From NCBI RefSeq assembly GCF_009914755.1, contig NC_060939.1: a stretch of DNA of 64,000 nucleotides; one strand, given 5' to 3'. Positions 1 to 12,421 of this stretch are shown in pieces (the stretch's first letter is position 1; every line of letters starts with the position of its first letter). This stretch comes from the human T2T-CHM13v2.0 reference genome, Homo sapiens. A program made the position numbers and the translations under genes. The notes beneath the pieces are model-generated. The model saw nothing but the letters and a program-made list of their open reading frames with translations, was not told where the DNA came from and did not search any database.

Positions 1-1297
1 CCATGGGAGCATGTGGTTGAGGATGAAGCTTTTTATAATGAGAAACTAAAAGTCTTTAAATAAGTTGAAAATGTAAAACTTGAGAGGCCAGAATCCCGCT
101 TTAGGCAGGCGTCTCTTGCTCTTTGTACAGAATAGAGTCATTTTTCAAAAATACTCCTTTTTTATAACCTGCAGAGGGTGCTGTGAGGCATGAAGCCACT
201 GAGACTGCTAGAATTCCCATTGCTACAGCTGTTCCATGAGTGACAGCTGTTATTTGTTGAATGCCTGTCACATGGGAAGCTCTTTATTATTAAGTGCTTT
301 ACATATGCTTGTTAATTAAACCCATTGTTACAGATGAAAAAACTGAGGCAGGGTGTGGGAGCTGTAAGTAACCTATCCAACGTCACATAGTGGGCAGGAC
401 TGGAGTCTGAGCCCAGGTCTGTGGGCCCCTGTCGCTCCTCTCTACCATTAGGCTTCAATGCCTTTCACAAACCTCATCCCTCCGACTTATTAAATGGGGC
501 TTCTTGGTCCCAAAATCTGGAGGCCCATGGTTCAGAAATTTGGGGTGGCTTTTAAAACTCCTAAAGACCTGGACCCCTCCTAGGAATTCTGATTTAACTG
601 GTCTAGGGTAGGGGAGGCCAGGTCTCAATGTTTTAAAACCATCCCAGGTGAATCTTACCTGGTTGAAAACTCCTGCGTGATAAGCGCTTTAGCCAAGGCA
701 CAGGCGGAGGGCTGTTGAGCACCACGGAGGGAACAGAGGAGACTCTGGGACCTGGCGAGGGACTGGGGCAGAAGGGCTGTTCCAGGAGCCGGCGTGGGTG
801 AGCAGGACTGCGGGAGGATGTGGGCAGCCGAGGCAGCAGGCCTCCAAGCAGACGGGTCTGCGGGAGACACAGGGGAGGGGAGGCCTGGGCTACGGTGTTG
901 GCTTGGGCAGTCAGTTGGGCCCGATGGGGGCCTGATGTGCTGCAGGCAATCCCCAGTCTGGCCTCATGATTTTCGGATCTCTGCTGCTCACCGGCTCCTC
1001 CTCCTGCCAGCTTCCCTGCCGCGCTGGGCATGGCTGTTCCTCAGCAAGGAGCTCTGAAGCCAGGTGGGATGGAAGTCCTGTGATTGGCCTCTCAGAGTCT
1101 TTGCGGAGCTTTTCCACATGGGGGTGGGGGTGACAGGGTGCTGCAGTGGCTGTGTTTGCAGGTCTTGTTGGCAGGCAATGTGCGGCATCATGGGGTCAGC
1201 TTCCCAAACGCCAGAGAGGGGTGGATTTGTTGGCTGCTTAGCCCCCAAAATATGCATGGAGATGTGCTGGGATGTTAAGAAAGTTTAAACCCTGAGG

Positions 1298-1351
1298 ACA
1301 GAGCTAAGAGACACTTAGGAGAGAACAGAGCTAAGAGACACCTAGGAGAGA
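1298..1351. repeat. 27-bp tandem duplication (2 copies, 1 mismatch)
   Basis: ACAGAGCTAAGAGACAC(T/C)TAGGAGAGA twice. Confidence 0.9.
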
Positions 1352-1354
1352 AAG

Positions 1355-2327
1355 AGTGTGGAGATTGTGAGTGAGCCTGTGTATGTGGTGTATACGTGTT
1401 TGTGAATGTGTGTGTGTGCAGAGGTGTGAATGTGTTTGTGGATGTGTGGGAGCTTGAGTACTTGTGTGAATTGTGTGTACACATGGGTGTGTGGAAGTGC
1501 GACAGCGTATGTGTGTGCAGCTGTGTATGAGTGTAGGTCTGTGTGAGTGTGTGTAGGTGAATGTGTGTGTGCTTGAGAGTGTGTATGAATGTGTTGTGTG
1601 TATGTGCATGAGCGTGAGTCTGTGTGTTTAGGTCTGTGTGAGTGTGAAGCTGGGAAGCTGTGCAAGTGTCTGGATGTGTGTGTCTGGATGAGTGTGACTG
1701 AAGCTGTGTGAGTGTGTCTGGGTATATGTATGTCCCTGAGTCTGCATGACTGAAGCTGTGCAAGTGTGAAGCTGTATGAGTGTGTGGGTGAGTCTGTGTG
1801 AGTGTGTGTGGGTGTGAGTCTGGGTGTGAAGCTGTGTGTGGATTTGAGTCTGAGTGTGAAGCTATATGAATGTATGGGTATGACTGGGTGAGTGTGTGGG
1901 TGTGTGTGGGTGAGTCTGTGTGTGTGAGTGTATGGGTGAGTCTGTGTAGGTGTGAGTCTGGGTTAGTCTGGGTGTCTGGATGAGTCTGTGTGTGTGTGGG
2001 TGTGTGTCTGGGTGAGTGTGGGTGTGGGTATGAGTCTGGGTGTGTGTGTGTGGGTGTCTGGATGAGTGTGTGGGTGTGGGTGAGTCTGTGTGGGTGTGGG
2101 GGGGTGTGTGGGTGAGTGAAGCTGTGTGCGTGTCTGTGTCTAGGTGAGTCTAAGTGTGAAGCTCTGTGGGTGTGAAGCTGTCAGTGTGTCTGCATGTGAG
2201 TGTATGGGTGAGTCTGTGTGAGTGTGAAGCTGTGTGAGTGTGTGTAGGTGTGTCTGGGTGAATCTGAGTGAAGCTATGTGAATGTGTCTGCGTGTGAGTG
2301 TATGGGTGAGTCTGTGTGAATGTGAAG
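1355..2327 (+). repeat. Degenerate TG-rich low-complexity/minisatellite array, about 1 kb
   Basis: Recurring GTGAGTCTGTGT, GTGAAGCTGT and GGGTGTGT units. Confidence 0.9.
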
Positions 2328-2369
2328 CTGCCCTGGGACATATGTGCATGCACATATGTCCCAGGGCAG
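2328..2369. repeat. Perfect 42-bp spacerless palindrome
   Basis: CTGCCCTGGGACATATGTGCA|TGCACATATGTCCCAGGGCAG. Confidence 0.97.
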
Positions 2370-4089
2370 TTTGCTCAGCCCCCAGAGATTCCAGGCGGCT
2401 ATTTCTGCCTTGCTCTGACCAGATCCGGCTTCAGACTGTGATGCATTATGCTCTGAGTGGAGTTTCTCTAGCCTCCTTTTCCTCATTTCTCTTGAATAGC
2501 TGGGGAATGTCCGTGCCCCCCTCTCTGAGCTGTTGCTTAAAATCATGTAAGGCCTCAGCACATAGTAGGTGGTCAGTCCACAGTGGCTCTTCCACCCCTC
2601 ATTCACTTCTGTCAGTAGGCGGTGGATGCTTGTCCTCCTGGCATGCGATTGAGCCTAGTGCCCCTTCAACAGCGTCAGAAGACCTGGGTTGGAGTCCACT
2701 TGGGCCCCTAACCCCATACAGGACCCCCAGCAACTCATGTCACCTCTCTGGATTATATAGTTACTTCCTCTCTGAGTTCCTCAGTTTCCTTATCTGTAAC
2801 ATGGGGGTACTCTTCCTGCCCTACACAGTTGTTTGTGTGGTCAAATAAGGTAGACTGCTGAGGGCTTCATGCTGGAGGCTGGATCCTGTTCCACTGCTAC
2901 AGAGCCCGGAAACAGATTTTTCAATCCATCTCTGCTCTTGCTCTTCTTCCTCTCTGGTTCTCCTTGGTGCATTGTAGGAAATCTGGGTGCAGTTTCTCTA
3001 TGATAACTGATCATTACATGCACCTGTGCTGCACGTGTGTCCATGCACCTGTTTCTATCCACAGACCTCCTACTTTCAGTTTTGATAAAACATAACTCAG
3101 GCTTACCATATTTGTTTGTACTTCTTTTATTCACTTCAGGAGACACTGGGCCTTGGTTTTCCAAATAGGGTTTTTGACCTGGGATTTCCTTTGCCATGCA
3201 AAGTAGGATAGAAAGTTGAGAAATCTTCCCAGAGAAGCAAAGTGTTGGGTTTTCCTGGGAGGTGCATGGTAGGACACACATGGGATTAGCTTGGAAGTCC
3301 TGAAAGGGCTTTGTCTCATCCAAACGATAAAATATATGCATGAGTTGTAGTTGCTGTTCCCAAAATTACATTCACTGGTCCTGTGCTCTGATATCTACAC
3401 CCATTCATTTACTTGAGACCCCTTGTGACAGGCTGTCCCCACCTTTAACAAGCCAGAACATTTGGACACAGAATGCTTCCATCAGACGGATTGGAAGGCT
3501 GGGGCGGGGTGGGAAGAAATGGGTTTCCTGGTGACTTGTTCTGGGCAGGAACAGAACCTCTCAAGGGTTTGTTTCCTTTTCCTTGCAAGAAAATGCAAAC
3601 CACTGGTCTCTGCATATCCCTCCAGACATTCATGGGAGAAACCAGGCTAATGTTTATAGAAGCCTATTGGGAGTGGCTGCCTTCAGGATGGAGAGAAAGC
3701 TCATTACCTCGAGCTGCTAAAATTTAATCCAAAGAAAATATACTATTCCCTTAGAAAATGGGTTGGGTACATGTGAACTGTGTTAACTTTAAAATCAACA
3801 AATCAGTTATCAAAATACTAATTTTCTAAGCAGTATGCGACCAGGGAAATGAACACATTGTGTAATTTGATGTGTGTCTGTAAGTCTTAGAACCCGCATC
3901 TATGTTTATCAACAAAGGGCTTCACCTTCTCTAATGAAGTTTTGTTAAATGTTTGGTTTGGTATTTTTAATTTTACCATCCAAGATCTGTTAATGTAGTG
4001 TTTTTGTTCAATTTCAAGGTAAAGTTTATTATTGTTTGGTGCTTACAAAATAACAAATGCTCATTGTAAGAATTTTAGAAAAGATGGGA

Positions 4090-5330
4090 AATAAAAAAAA
4101 ACCTATAAAAATAACAGTGGTTGAACAGAAAAGGGCATGAGGAAACTTTCTGGGGCAATGGGAACATTCTAGTTCTTTATAGGGTCTTCGGTTTCTACAC
4201 AGGCATACATAATTGTTGAAACATCAGCCAGTGCACCCTTAAGATTTGTGAACTTCATTGTACGTACATTTTACATTAAAATCTGTGAACAGTTTTTGAA
4301 TTGGGTTAATGATATGTATGATGAAGTATTTGGAAGAAGTGTACAGATGTCTGCAATTTACTCTGAAGTGAATCAAAAAAATAAGAAAGCTTGATGATGA
4401 ATATATGGATAGATATGTAATAAAGCAAATAAAGTAAAATATTAATGGAGAATCCAGATCTTGGGTATATTAGTGTTCATTATAAAATTCTTTCAACTTT
4501 GCTGTATATTTGAAAACTTACATAATAAAGTATTAGGGAAGAGAGATTACTAATTCAGAAAAAAATCCATATTTACAATCCGAACTTACCACTATTAGCA
4601 TCTTAGTGCACATTATTTTCTTTCATTTTTGTTTTCAAGAATGCATAATTTTATACCATTATGATCTTATACAGATTTATTTTCATATTTTTTTCACTCA
4701 ATATTATATCATAGTTTTGTTATGAAAAGTCTTCATTATGTAATTTCTAAATTGAGGTATTATTTATGTACAGTAAAACTTACACTTTCTAGTTTAGAGT
4801 CCTGTGAGTTTTGACAAATGCCTACAGTCATGTAACCACCACCACAACCAGGATGTAGAACAATGATATCATTTAGGAAAACTTCTCTGTGCCCCTTTGA
4901 GGTCAACCCTCCTCCTCACATCCAGGTCTTGGCAACCACTGATCTGTCTTCCAGAATGTCATTAAGATGGAATCATGCAGTGGAGGATGTACCTTCTGAC
5001 TCTGGCTTCTTCCACCCACACACGATACATTCGAGATTCATCCACGTCCTTGCATGTACTAGTGGTTTGTTCTTTTTTGCTGATGCGTAGTAGTCCATTG
5101 TAAGAATGTACATTAATGTAGTTTCAATGTTTGTAAAAATTCATGTTATATCATAACATGTTTATGTATTCTCCTATTTGGATATTTAAGATGTTTTGCT
5201 TTTTCATTATTACAAGTGCCATCATAGTGAACACCTTTAAGCATAATTGTTATCAATCATTAAGGTAGATTCCCAGGAAGGGAATTACTAAATCGAATGT
5301 TATGAATATTTTTACTGTCCTTATTACATT
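4090..5330. mobile_element. Old L1M (L1MC/ME-like) 3'-end fragments in both orientations
   Basis: Typical L1M 3' UTR phrases such as aaggg(c)atgaggaaactttctggggcaatgggaacattct and gagttttgacaaatgcctacagtcatgtaaccaccaccacaa. Boundaries approximate. Confidence 0.6.
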
Positions 5331-5502
5331 TTTAATCATTAAAATGTTTTTCTCTGTATTTCTTTATATGGTTTATAAGGAGCTTGACTTCAAACTCCAC
5401 TGGTGTTTATAATCCTCTTTTCCTCCTCTCTTTCTCAATATTGCCACCACAGAACTGACCTGAAGTTTCAGTGTAGTCAGAGAGCTCTTCAAGTAATAAA
5501 TC

Positions 5503-7800
5503 ATGGAGACCAGTCAGGAAACTTCCCTCTTCTTGGTGAAGATCTTGGAGGAACTGGACAGCAAGCAAAATACCGTTTCTTATCAGGACCTGTGCAAATC
5601 TCTCTGTGCCCGGTTCGACCTGTCGCAGCTTGCCAAACTGAGAAGTGTGCTCTTCTACACAGCTTGTCTCGATCCCAATTTTCCAGCCACGCTATTCAAA
5701 GACAAGATGAAATGCACTGTGAATAACCAGCAATCAAAGAAAATCATGGTGGCAGCAGATATTGTGACGATATTCAACCTGATCCAAATGAATGGCGGGG
5801 CTGCCAAGGAGAAGCTGCCCACGGGCCGCCAGAAGGTACGCAAGAAGGAGGCATCCTTTGAATCATGTAGGTCGGACACAGAGATCTGCAATGCAGCTGA
5901 GTGTGAGCCCCTGAACTGTGAGCTGAGTGAGAGGTCTTTCAGCCGGGGCTACCCCATCAGGCAGTCGTCCAAGTGCCGGAAGATGGACTGCAAGGACTGC
6001 CCACAGTTTGTCCCTGCCTCTGAGCCTAACTTCCTGTTGGGAGTTAGCAAAGAGGTGAAAAACCGCGCCGCTTCCCTGGACAGGTTGCAGGCCCTGGCTC
6101 CGTACTCTGTGACCAGCCCTCAGCCCTGTGAGATGCAGAGGACCTACTTCCCCATGAACATCGAAAACGAGTCCATTTCAGACCAGGACTCCCTGCCCAT
6201 CAATCAGAGCATCAAGGAGACCTTCATTTCCAATGAGGAGCCATTTGTGGTCCAGTCCTGTGTCCAGAAAAGGAATATCTTCAAAGAGGATTTTCACAAT
6301 TTGATGGCAGTGTCCCCCAGTTTGGTTGGCCCCATCAGCAAAGCAGAGAATGAGCACAGGGAACCCCAGAGTCGAAAGGAACCCCACAAGCCACCCTTCT
6401 TCAACCACAGCTTTGAAATGCCCTATAACAGCCAGTACCTGAATCCAGTGTATTCCCCGGTTCCTGACAAAAGGCGAGCAAAGCACGAAAGCTTAGATGA
6501 CCTTCAAGCCTCTACATATTTTGGGCCCACTCCCGTGATGGGAACCCAAGAAGCCAGGCGCTGTCTAGGGAAGCCCAACAAGCAGACTCCCTGGCCAGCC
6601 AAAAGCTGGAGCCTAAACACAGAGGAAGTTCCTGACTTTGAACGGTCCTTTTTCAATAGAAATCCCTCCGAGGAGAAGCTACACTATCCAAATGCCAGTA
6701 GCCAGACCCCCAATTTCCCAGCCCCAGAAAGGCGCCCAACTTACCTTGTGCCAAAGGATCAACAGCCAATTCTCCCCATTGCTTATGCGGCAAAACAAAA
6801 TGGGCTCAAATCTAAAGAGATCTCATCCCCTGTTGACCTGGAGAAGCATGAACCAGTCAAAAAGTTTAAAGACAAGAGCATTAACTGCACCAGTGGGCAG
6901 CTCAGCTCAGACACCAGTAGCGTGGGCACCCAGACTGAGCACGTGCTGGAGCCCAAGAAATGCAGAGACCTGTGCACCTCTGGTCAGGGCAAGTACAGTG
7001 ACAGGCACACCATGAAGCACTCAGACGATGACTCAGAAATTGTCAGCGACGACATCAGTGACATTTTCCGATTTCTTGATGACATGAGCATCAGTGGCTC
7101 CACGGGAGTGATACAGTCGTCCTGCTACAACAGCACAGGATCCTTGTCTCAGCTCCATAAGTCAGACTGCGACAGTTCCCCTGAGCACAACTTAACCAAA
7201 ATTGCCAATGGGGTCCCCAACAGCAAGGGAGACAAGGGCAACCGGCCTGAAAACACCCACCACTCGGAAGAAGAGCTGAAGACCAGTGTGTGCAAACTGG
7301 TGCTCAGGATTGGCGAAATCGAACGGAAGCTGGAATCCCTGTCGGGTGTCCGTGATGAAATCTCCCAGGTCTTGGGCAAACTAAATAAATTGGACCAGAA
7401 AATGCAACAGCCTGAGAAGGTGAGTGTGCAGATAGATCTGAACTCCTTGACAAGCGAGGGTCCGTCTGATGACAGTGCCTCTCCCCGGATGTTCCACGCA
7501 CACAGTGGCTCCCACGGACCCAAACTAGAGAACAACCCTGACTGGTGCTGCTCTGATGCTAGCGGGAGCAACAGTGAAAGCCTGCGGGTCAAGGCCTTAA
7601 AAAAAAGCCTCTTCACCAGGCCATCCTCTAGGTCCCTAACAGAGGAGAACAGTGCCACAGAGTCCAAAATTGCCAGCATCTCCAACTCGCCCAGAGACTG
7701 GCGCACCATCACTTATACCAACCGTGTGGGCCTCAATGAGGAGGAGATAAAAGACACAGGCCCAGGAGATAATAAAGACTGGCATCGGAAATCTAAAGAG
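5503..7800 (+). CDS. MINAR1: MINAR1 (KIAA1024) first coding exon, aa 1-766; the exon spans 5453-7800 (2348 nt)
   Basis: 768-aa ORF METSQETSLFLVKILEELDSKQ... recognised as MINAR1. Polypyrimidine tract with CAG acceptor at 5450-5452. Strong Kozak (A at -3, G at +4) with two in-frame TAA just upstream (5494-5499). Donor GAG|GTAATT at 7800/7801, phase 0. Confidence 0.97.
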
Positions 7801-8308
7801 GTAATTTAAATTTAAGTTCACATAATCGGGCACCAGCTTCATCATAGCCCTGGTGTATTTCAAAGCCTTGAACATGGCGTTAAACAGGCAAGAGGCCTGG
7901 CCTCTGTGTGCCAGTCATCCTTCCAGGTTTGGCAGGGTTTTCACATTGGAATAGAGAGGACAACATAGGCAGGTCGTGTGTTCCACCAGGTTGTCCATCA
8001 GCTAGGAGGAGCACATGCTGCGATGTTGCTGACAGCAGAACGTAGGGTTGGGATTCATTAGACAGGTGGTGTGAGAACAGATTTTCATAGAATGGGGAAC
8101 GTATCAGAGCAGGCAAGCATCACCAAGGATATCTTCCTGTCCTTTCTGAAATAGGATGCAGGCCAGGTACACGAGGGAAAATACTGAAAAGGTGCTGGCT
8201 GATACATCTTTTTCATGGACTTCATTGTATGTGTGATGTTCCTTTTTAAGTATGAGGTTTTTTTCATTATAAAATAAATTGATGATTAGGAAGTAAAGAA
8301 GATAAATA

Positions 8309-8543
8309 GGATCATGAGGTCAGGAGTTTGAGACCAGCCTGGCCAATATGTTGAAACCCCATCTCTACTAAAAATGTAAAAAAAATTAGCCAGGTGTGGT
8401 AACACAAGCCTGTAGTCCCAGCTACTTGGGAGGCTGAGGCAGGAGAATTGCTTGAACCCAGGAGGCAGAGGTTGCAGTGAGCTGAGATCATGCACTGCAC
8501 TCAGCCTGGGTAACAGAGCAAGACTGTCTCAAGAAAAAAAAAA
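8309..8543 (+). mobile_element. 5'-truncated AluS (Sg-like)
   Basis: Begins GGATCATGAGGTCAGGAGTTTGAGACCAGCC. Middle A-rich linker and A tail present. Confidence 0.9.
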
Positions 8544-11074
8544 GATAAGAAAGTCATTCATAGTTCCACCACACAAAGACGGCAACTCTTAATCTGGTGT
8601 CTTTCCTTTCCTTTTTAGTTTTTTTCTCTACACTGTTGTTCGTTGGAGGCTCTTTCACGTAAGCTCTGTGCTTTTGCATGTTTATAGCAGACTTCACTTC
8701 CTCAGTCCTAGAATCATTGTGCACACATACACTTGAATCCTTTCTTTCTCTCACCCCCTGCAGTAAGGGTGGTTTGTTTCTATGGGACCTGTGGCCCATC
8801 CTGTTCATTCTAACTGGGTTACAGTGACCCCTTTCTGGCCAAGGTGATGCAACTTCAGTTTGTTGCTTGTCTCCATTCCATGTCCTGCTTCTAAAAGGTC
8901 AGTGGACAGAGAAGGCCCTACTCCTGAGGTCTCCAAGGTCTGAGTTGTCAGAGAGTGACAGTGGTGTGGGCTACAGACATTCAAAGCCAGGGAGGAGGCC
9001 GAGCTCCTCAAATGGTGCTGAGAAGGAAAAGCTTGTAAAACTGGGTTTTAAGGAAATTTTCAGGGTCCAAAGAGGGGAGGGAGTATTTAAAATCCCCCTG
9101 ATTTTAAATAAACCTCTAGTGTCTGCTGGTTACTGCTGTGTGCTTCTGGAGCGGCTTACTGCATGTGGTGTTGGAGAGGATCCAGAGTTTGATATATGCT
9201 GCCATGCTGGGCACAAGATGCCCAGATCCAGTCCTCCCCTTGGGTTCTATTGTCACTATCTCTTAGCTGCCAGGGTCTGGCCAGGTTTCTGGTGCTTTGG
9301 GTTTCAGATATCATTGAACAGTGGCCATTTAGAGAACTCAAATGGTTAGGTGCTTCTGTAGAAATATTAGGTTAAACTGAACCAGCCATGCCTCCCACCT
9401 ATCAAATGTCAAAGCTTCACAAAGCCAGCAGGAATGAGCAGACACAAGCTTCAGTCAGATCCGCTCGATAGGTCTAACACAAAGTTGCTAACACTGGGGA
9501 TGCATTCTCTTTATTTTGTCCCCTTCTGCAACCTCATTTCTCCTTCCTGGCTTGTGACTCTCACCACCTTGGGGATGGTGATTCCCATGGTAGTGACCAG
9601 ACCCGGCCCACCTTTGGAGCTTTGGTTGCATATGTCAAACTGCTGAAGGCCAGTTTCCCCTAAATGTCTTGCCTACATGTCAAAATCTACAGTTCCCAAA
9701 GCAGGCTTTTCTGTTCCTTTAAAAACAGTGTTCCCTCTCACTATTTCCATTCTGGGAGGGGTGAGGATGGAGTCAGCATTCTAGCAATCCTCCAAACTGA
9801 AGAAGCCCCTCTGGTCCCTCCTCTTGGGCTCACTTTGTCCAGCGTAGCTACCAGACCCTATGGATTTGCCTTCTGTCGTGTCTTTTGCAACTCTGCCTTC
9901 TTTTCCATTTACACCTCTACGTTGAGTCAAGGCTCTTTCCCTACCGGGGATCCTTGGGCACATTCTCACCTTCCATCTCATCTCATGGGCCACTGCTGCA
10001 TTCGCTTTCCTAAAATGCCACTCTCTGTGGTTGCGCAGGGCCCCCTATTCCCCACTCTTCTCTGACTCTCCTTTGCCTCTGCAAAGAGTTGCAAACGTCT
10101 TAGCCAGGCCTTCACAACCCTGTGAATGTACCTTTCCTCAACTAGAAGGCTCTGTTATACCTTGACTGGACCCTGCTCTACCTTGATGAGTCTTCCTGTT
10201 TTGCCTCAAAATAGCCATGCTCATTCATTTGGTCACCCATTCAGTAAACACTAATTGAGCACCTATGACGGCCAGGCCCTATTTCACTGTCAAACTTTTC
10301 TTTATGTGAATCCTCCACCAAGACTCTCTGGTCCACCTCCCCTGTACTGATCTAAGTCCTATGCTCCCGTCAAGGCCCCTTACTTCATAAGTCTCTGTAA
10401 GCTTTCCTAGGGCTTATTGCTGGTCTCCAGCCCTTAATCCCGTTTGTTCAGACATAGTGGATGGAAACTTTTATTGAAAATACGTATTATGTATATATAT
10501 TGACTGCCCAGTGAGAACACAAACTCAGTGATACGAACAGGCATGGGCAGCAATGAAACTTTCCATCTTAGAAGTGAAAACAGTTTCAAATCCTGGCTCT
10601 GCCACTTACCAGCTGTCTGACATTGGGTCAGTCTCTTAACCTGAGTTTCCACATCCATACTAGGGATAATAGCTACAACCTCAGAATTTTAATGAGAAGA
10701 TGAAATGAAGACAATGCATGTTTAGCACTGAGCAGAGTGGTGGACACATAGCCCTTGGTTAATTGCAATTATGCCTGCAGTGGCTACCGTCGTAGTTATT
10801 ATCACCATCTCCCCTTCCTCCCAGCTTGGTGCAGACTCTGCATGCAATAGGAGCTCTCTGAGTGTTGGGCGGTGGTGATGAGCAAAAACTGGTGAAGTCT
10901 CTTAGAAGATACTTGGCTTTGATGAGTTAGAAAATAAGAGGGAACCTCATTTTCTTGTGTGGGTTTATCCTGTGTTCTCTGTGTCAGTGTCAGCAGTCTT
11001 GATGGTCTAGAATAGCCAAATGTTATGCTCTATTTGGGTAAGAGCCAATGGGTTGGGTTTGCTGGTAGGTGGAG

Positions 11075-11296
11075 ATGTGTTTCCAGTCCCCATGCAGGTG
11101 TAGGACCCACACACTCACACATGTACACACATACACCACGTGTGCTTCCAACCCCTATGCAAGCATCTGATCCACGTACACACATACAAGTGTGCTTCCA
11201 GCCCCTATGCAAGCATATGATCCACACACTCACACACACTCCAGGTGTGCTTCCAGCCCCTATGCAAGTGTATAGGTCACACACATACACGTGTGC
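11075..11296. repeat. Irregular minisatellite: four copies of a 24-bp core GTGTGCTTCCAGCCCCTATGCAAG with CA-rich linkers
   Basis: Cores at 11075 (degenerate), 11140, 11190 and 11245. Confidence 0.85.
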
Positions 11297-12421
11297 CCAC
11301 GTTCTTGCACATCAACTCTCATTGCATCACACCTAAACATTCTCCTTCTCTTCCTTCTGTACACACACTTTGACTCACATTCTTCTTTTTTCCTTTTTCT
11401 CTTGCTATTACTGAGATACACAACTTCTTTGCTCTCTGTTCCATACACATGACTTCATATCGCCTCTAACCCTCTGATGAATATTCATGGAGTGTCTTCT
11501 ACTTGGTGGTATTACGTTGCTGGAGAAGGGGATTAAAAGGTGAACAAAATGATCCCTTGCCTTTAAGGAACTCATAGTTTAGCAGAGGAGCCAGATGGGC
11601 AAACAGGCAGTTATAGTTCAAAGGCGCAAATGCTGGCTGAAGGGTCTGAACACAGTTCTAAGAGGTCACATAATGAGCACTAACCCAGTCTTATAACAGG
11701 TATACTGAGAGCAGAAACCCTTGGCTTGCATTTCAAGGACTGAGAATATTAATTATTGCCACCTGTTTTAGGCACCTTCCTACCTCCACACTGCTGCCCA
11801 GACTTCTTTCTTATCCTGAAGGCCATATCCCCTCTGACCAGGGGCCCATCTGCTGCCTGGGAAAATCACTAGAGGCTCCCAACATGTGCTTTCTGACTCA
11901 GCTTCTTCCCTCCAAAGAAGCAGTGTAGCATCAGGGTTTTCAGCGAGTTCCTTGAGGAAAGGACCCGTATCTTTTACTCATCTGTACCCCGTGCAAAATG
12001 GTGAAAGAAAGAGGGGGCATTAATATCAGTAGTTAAACAACGACTCTAAAGCCAGATGATCTGGTTTAAATCCTAGCTCCACCCCTTACTAGCTGTGTGC
12101 CTCGGGGCAAGTTACTGAGTCTGGGCTCCATTTTCCTACCTGTACAATGGGGATTCACAATGGTAGTGATGGCCTAAAGATTACATTAAATAACCTTTTT
12201 CTGGCACAGAAATGTTAGTTTATATTAGTAACATTATGATCATAAGCTTTTCCTAGAGAATTTCCCTCAATATGGTTATGCTTTCATACTTTTGATTTGG
12301 CTGGAAGTAACTGCACTTTGCTACCTGAATGTCTACAGGAAAGCTGCTGGCTGCTCAATTGCACTGTGAAATCCAAGGGCAACTGTGCCACTTGTCTGGA
12401 CTTCTTTGTGCCCCTCTGCAG

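Noticed and set aside
633-1290. GC-rich overlapping ORFs or CpG-island promoter
   Set aside because: No recognisable protein, and CpG density is too modest to call an island by eye.
1275-2355. His/Thr-rich minus-strand ORFs (also at 44984-45472)
   Set aside because: Translations of CA-rich low-complexity repeats.
11075-11296. CRISPR-like repeat-spacer pattern
   Set aside because: Eukaryotic intron; linkers are related CA-rich sequence of uneven length; no cas genes.
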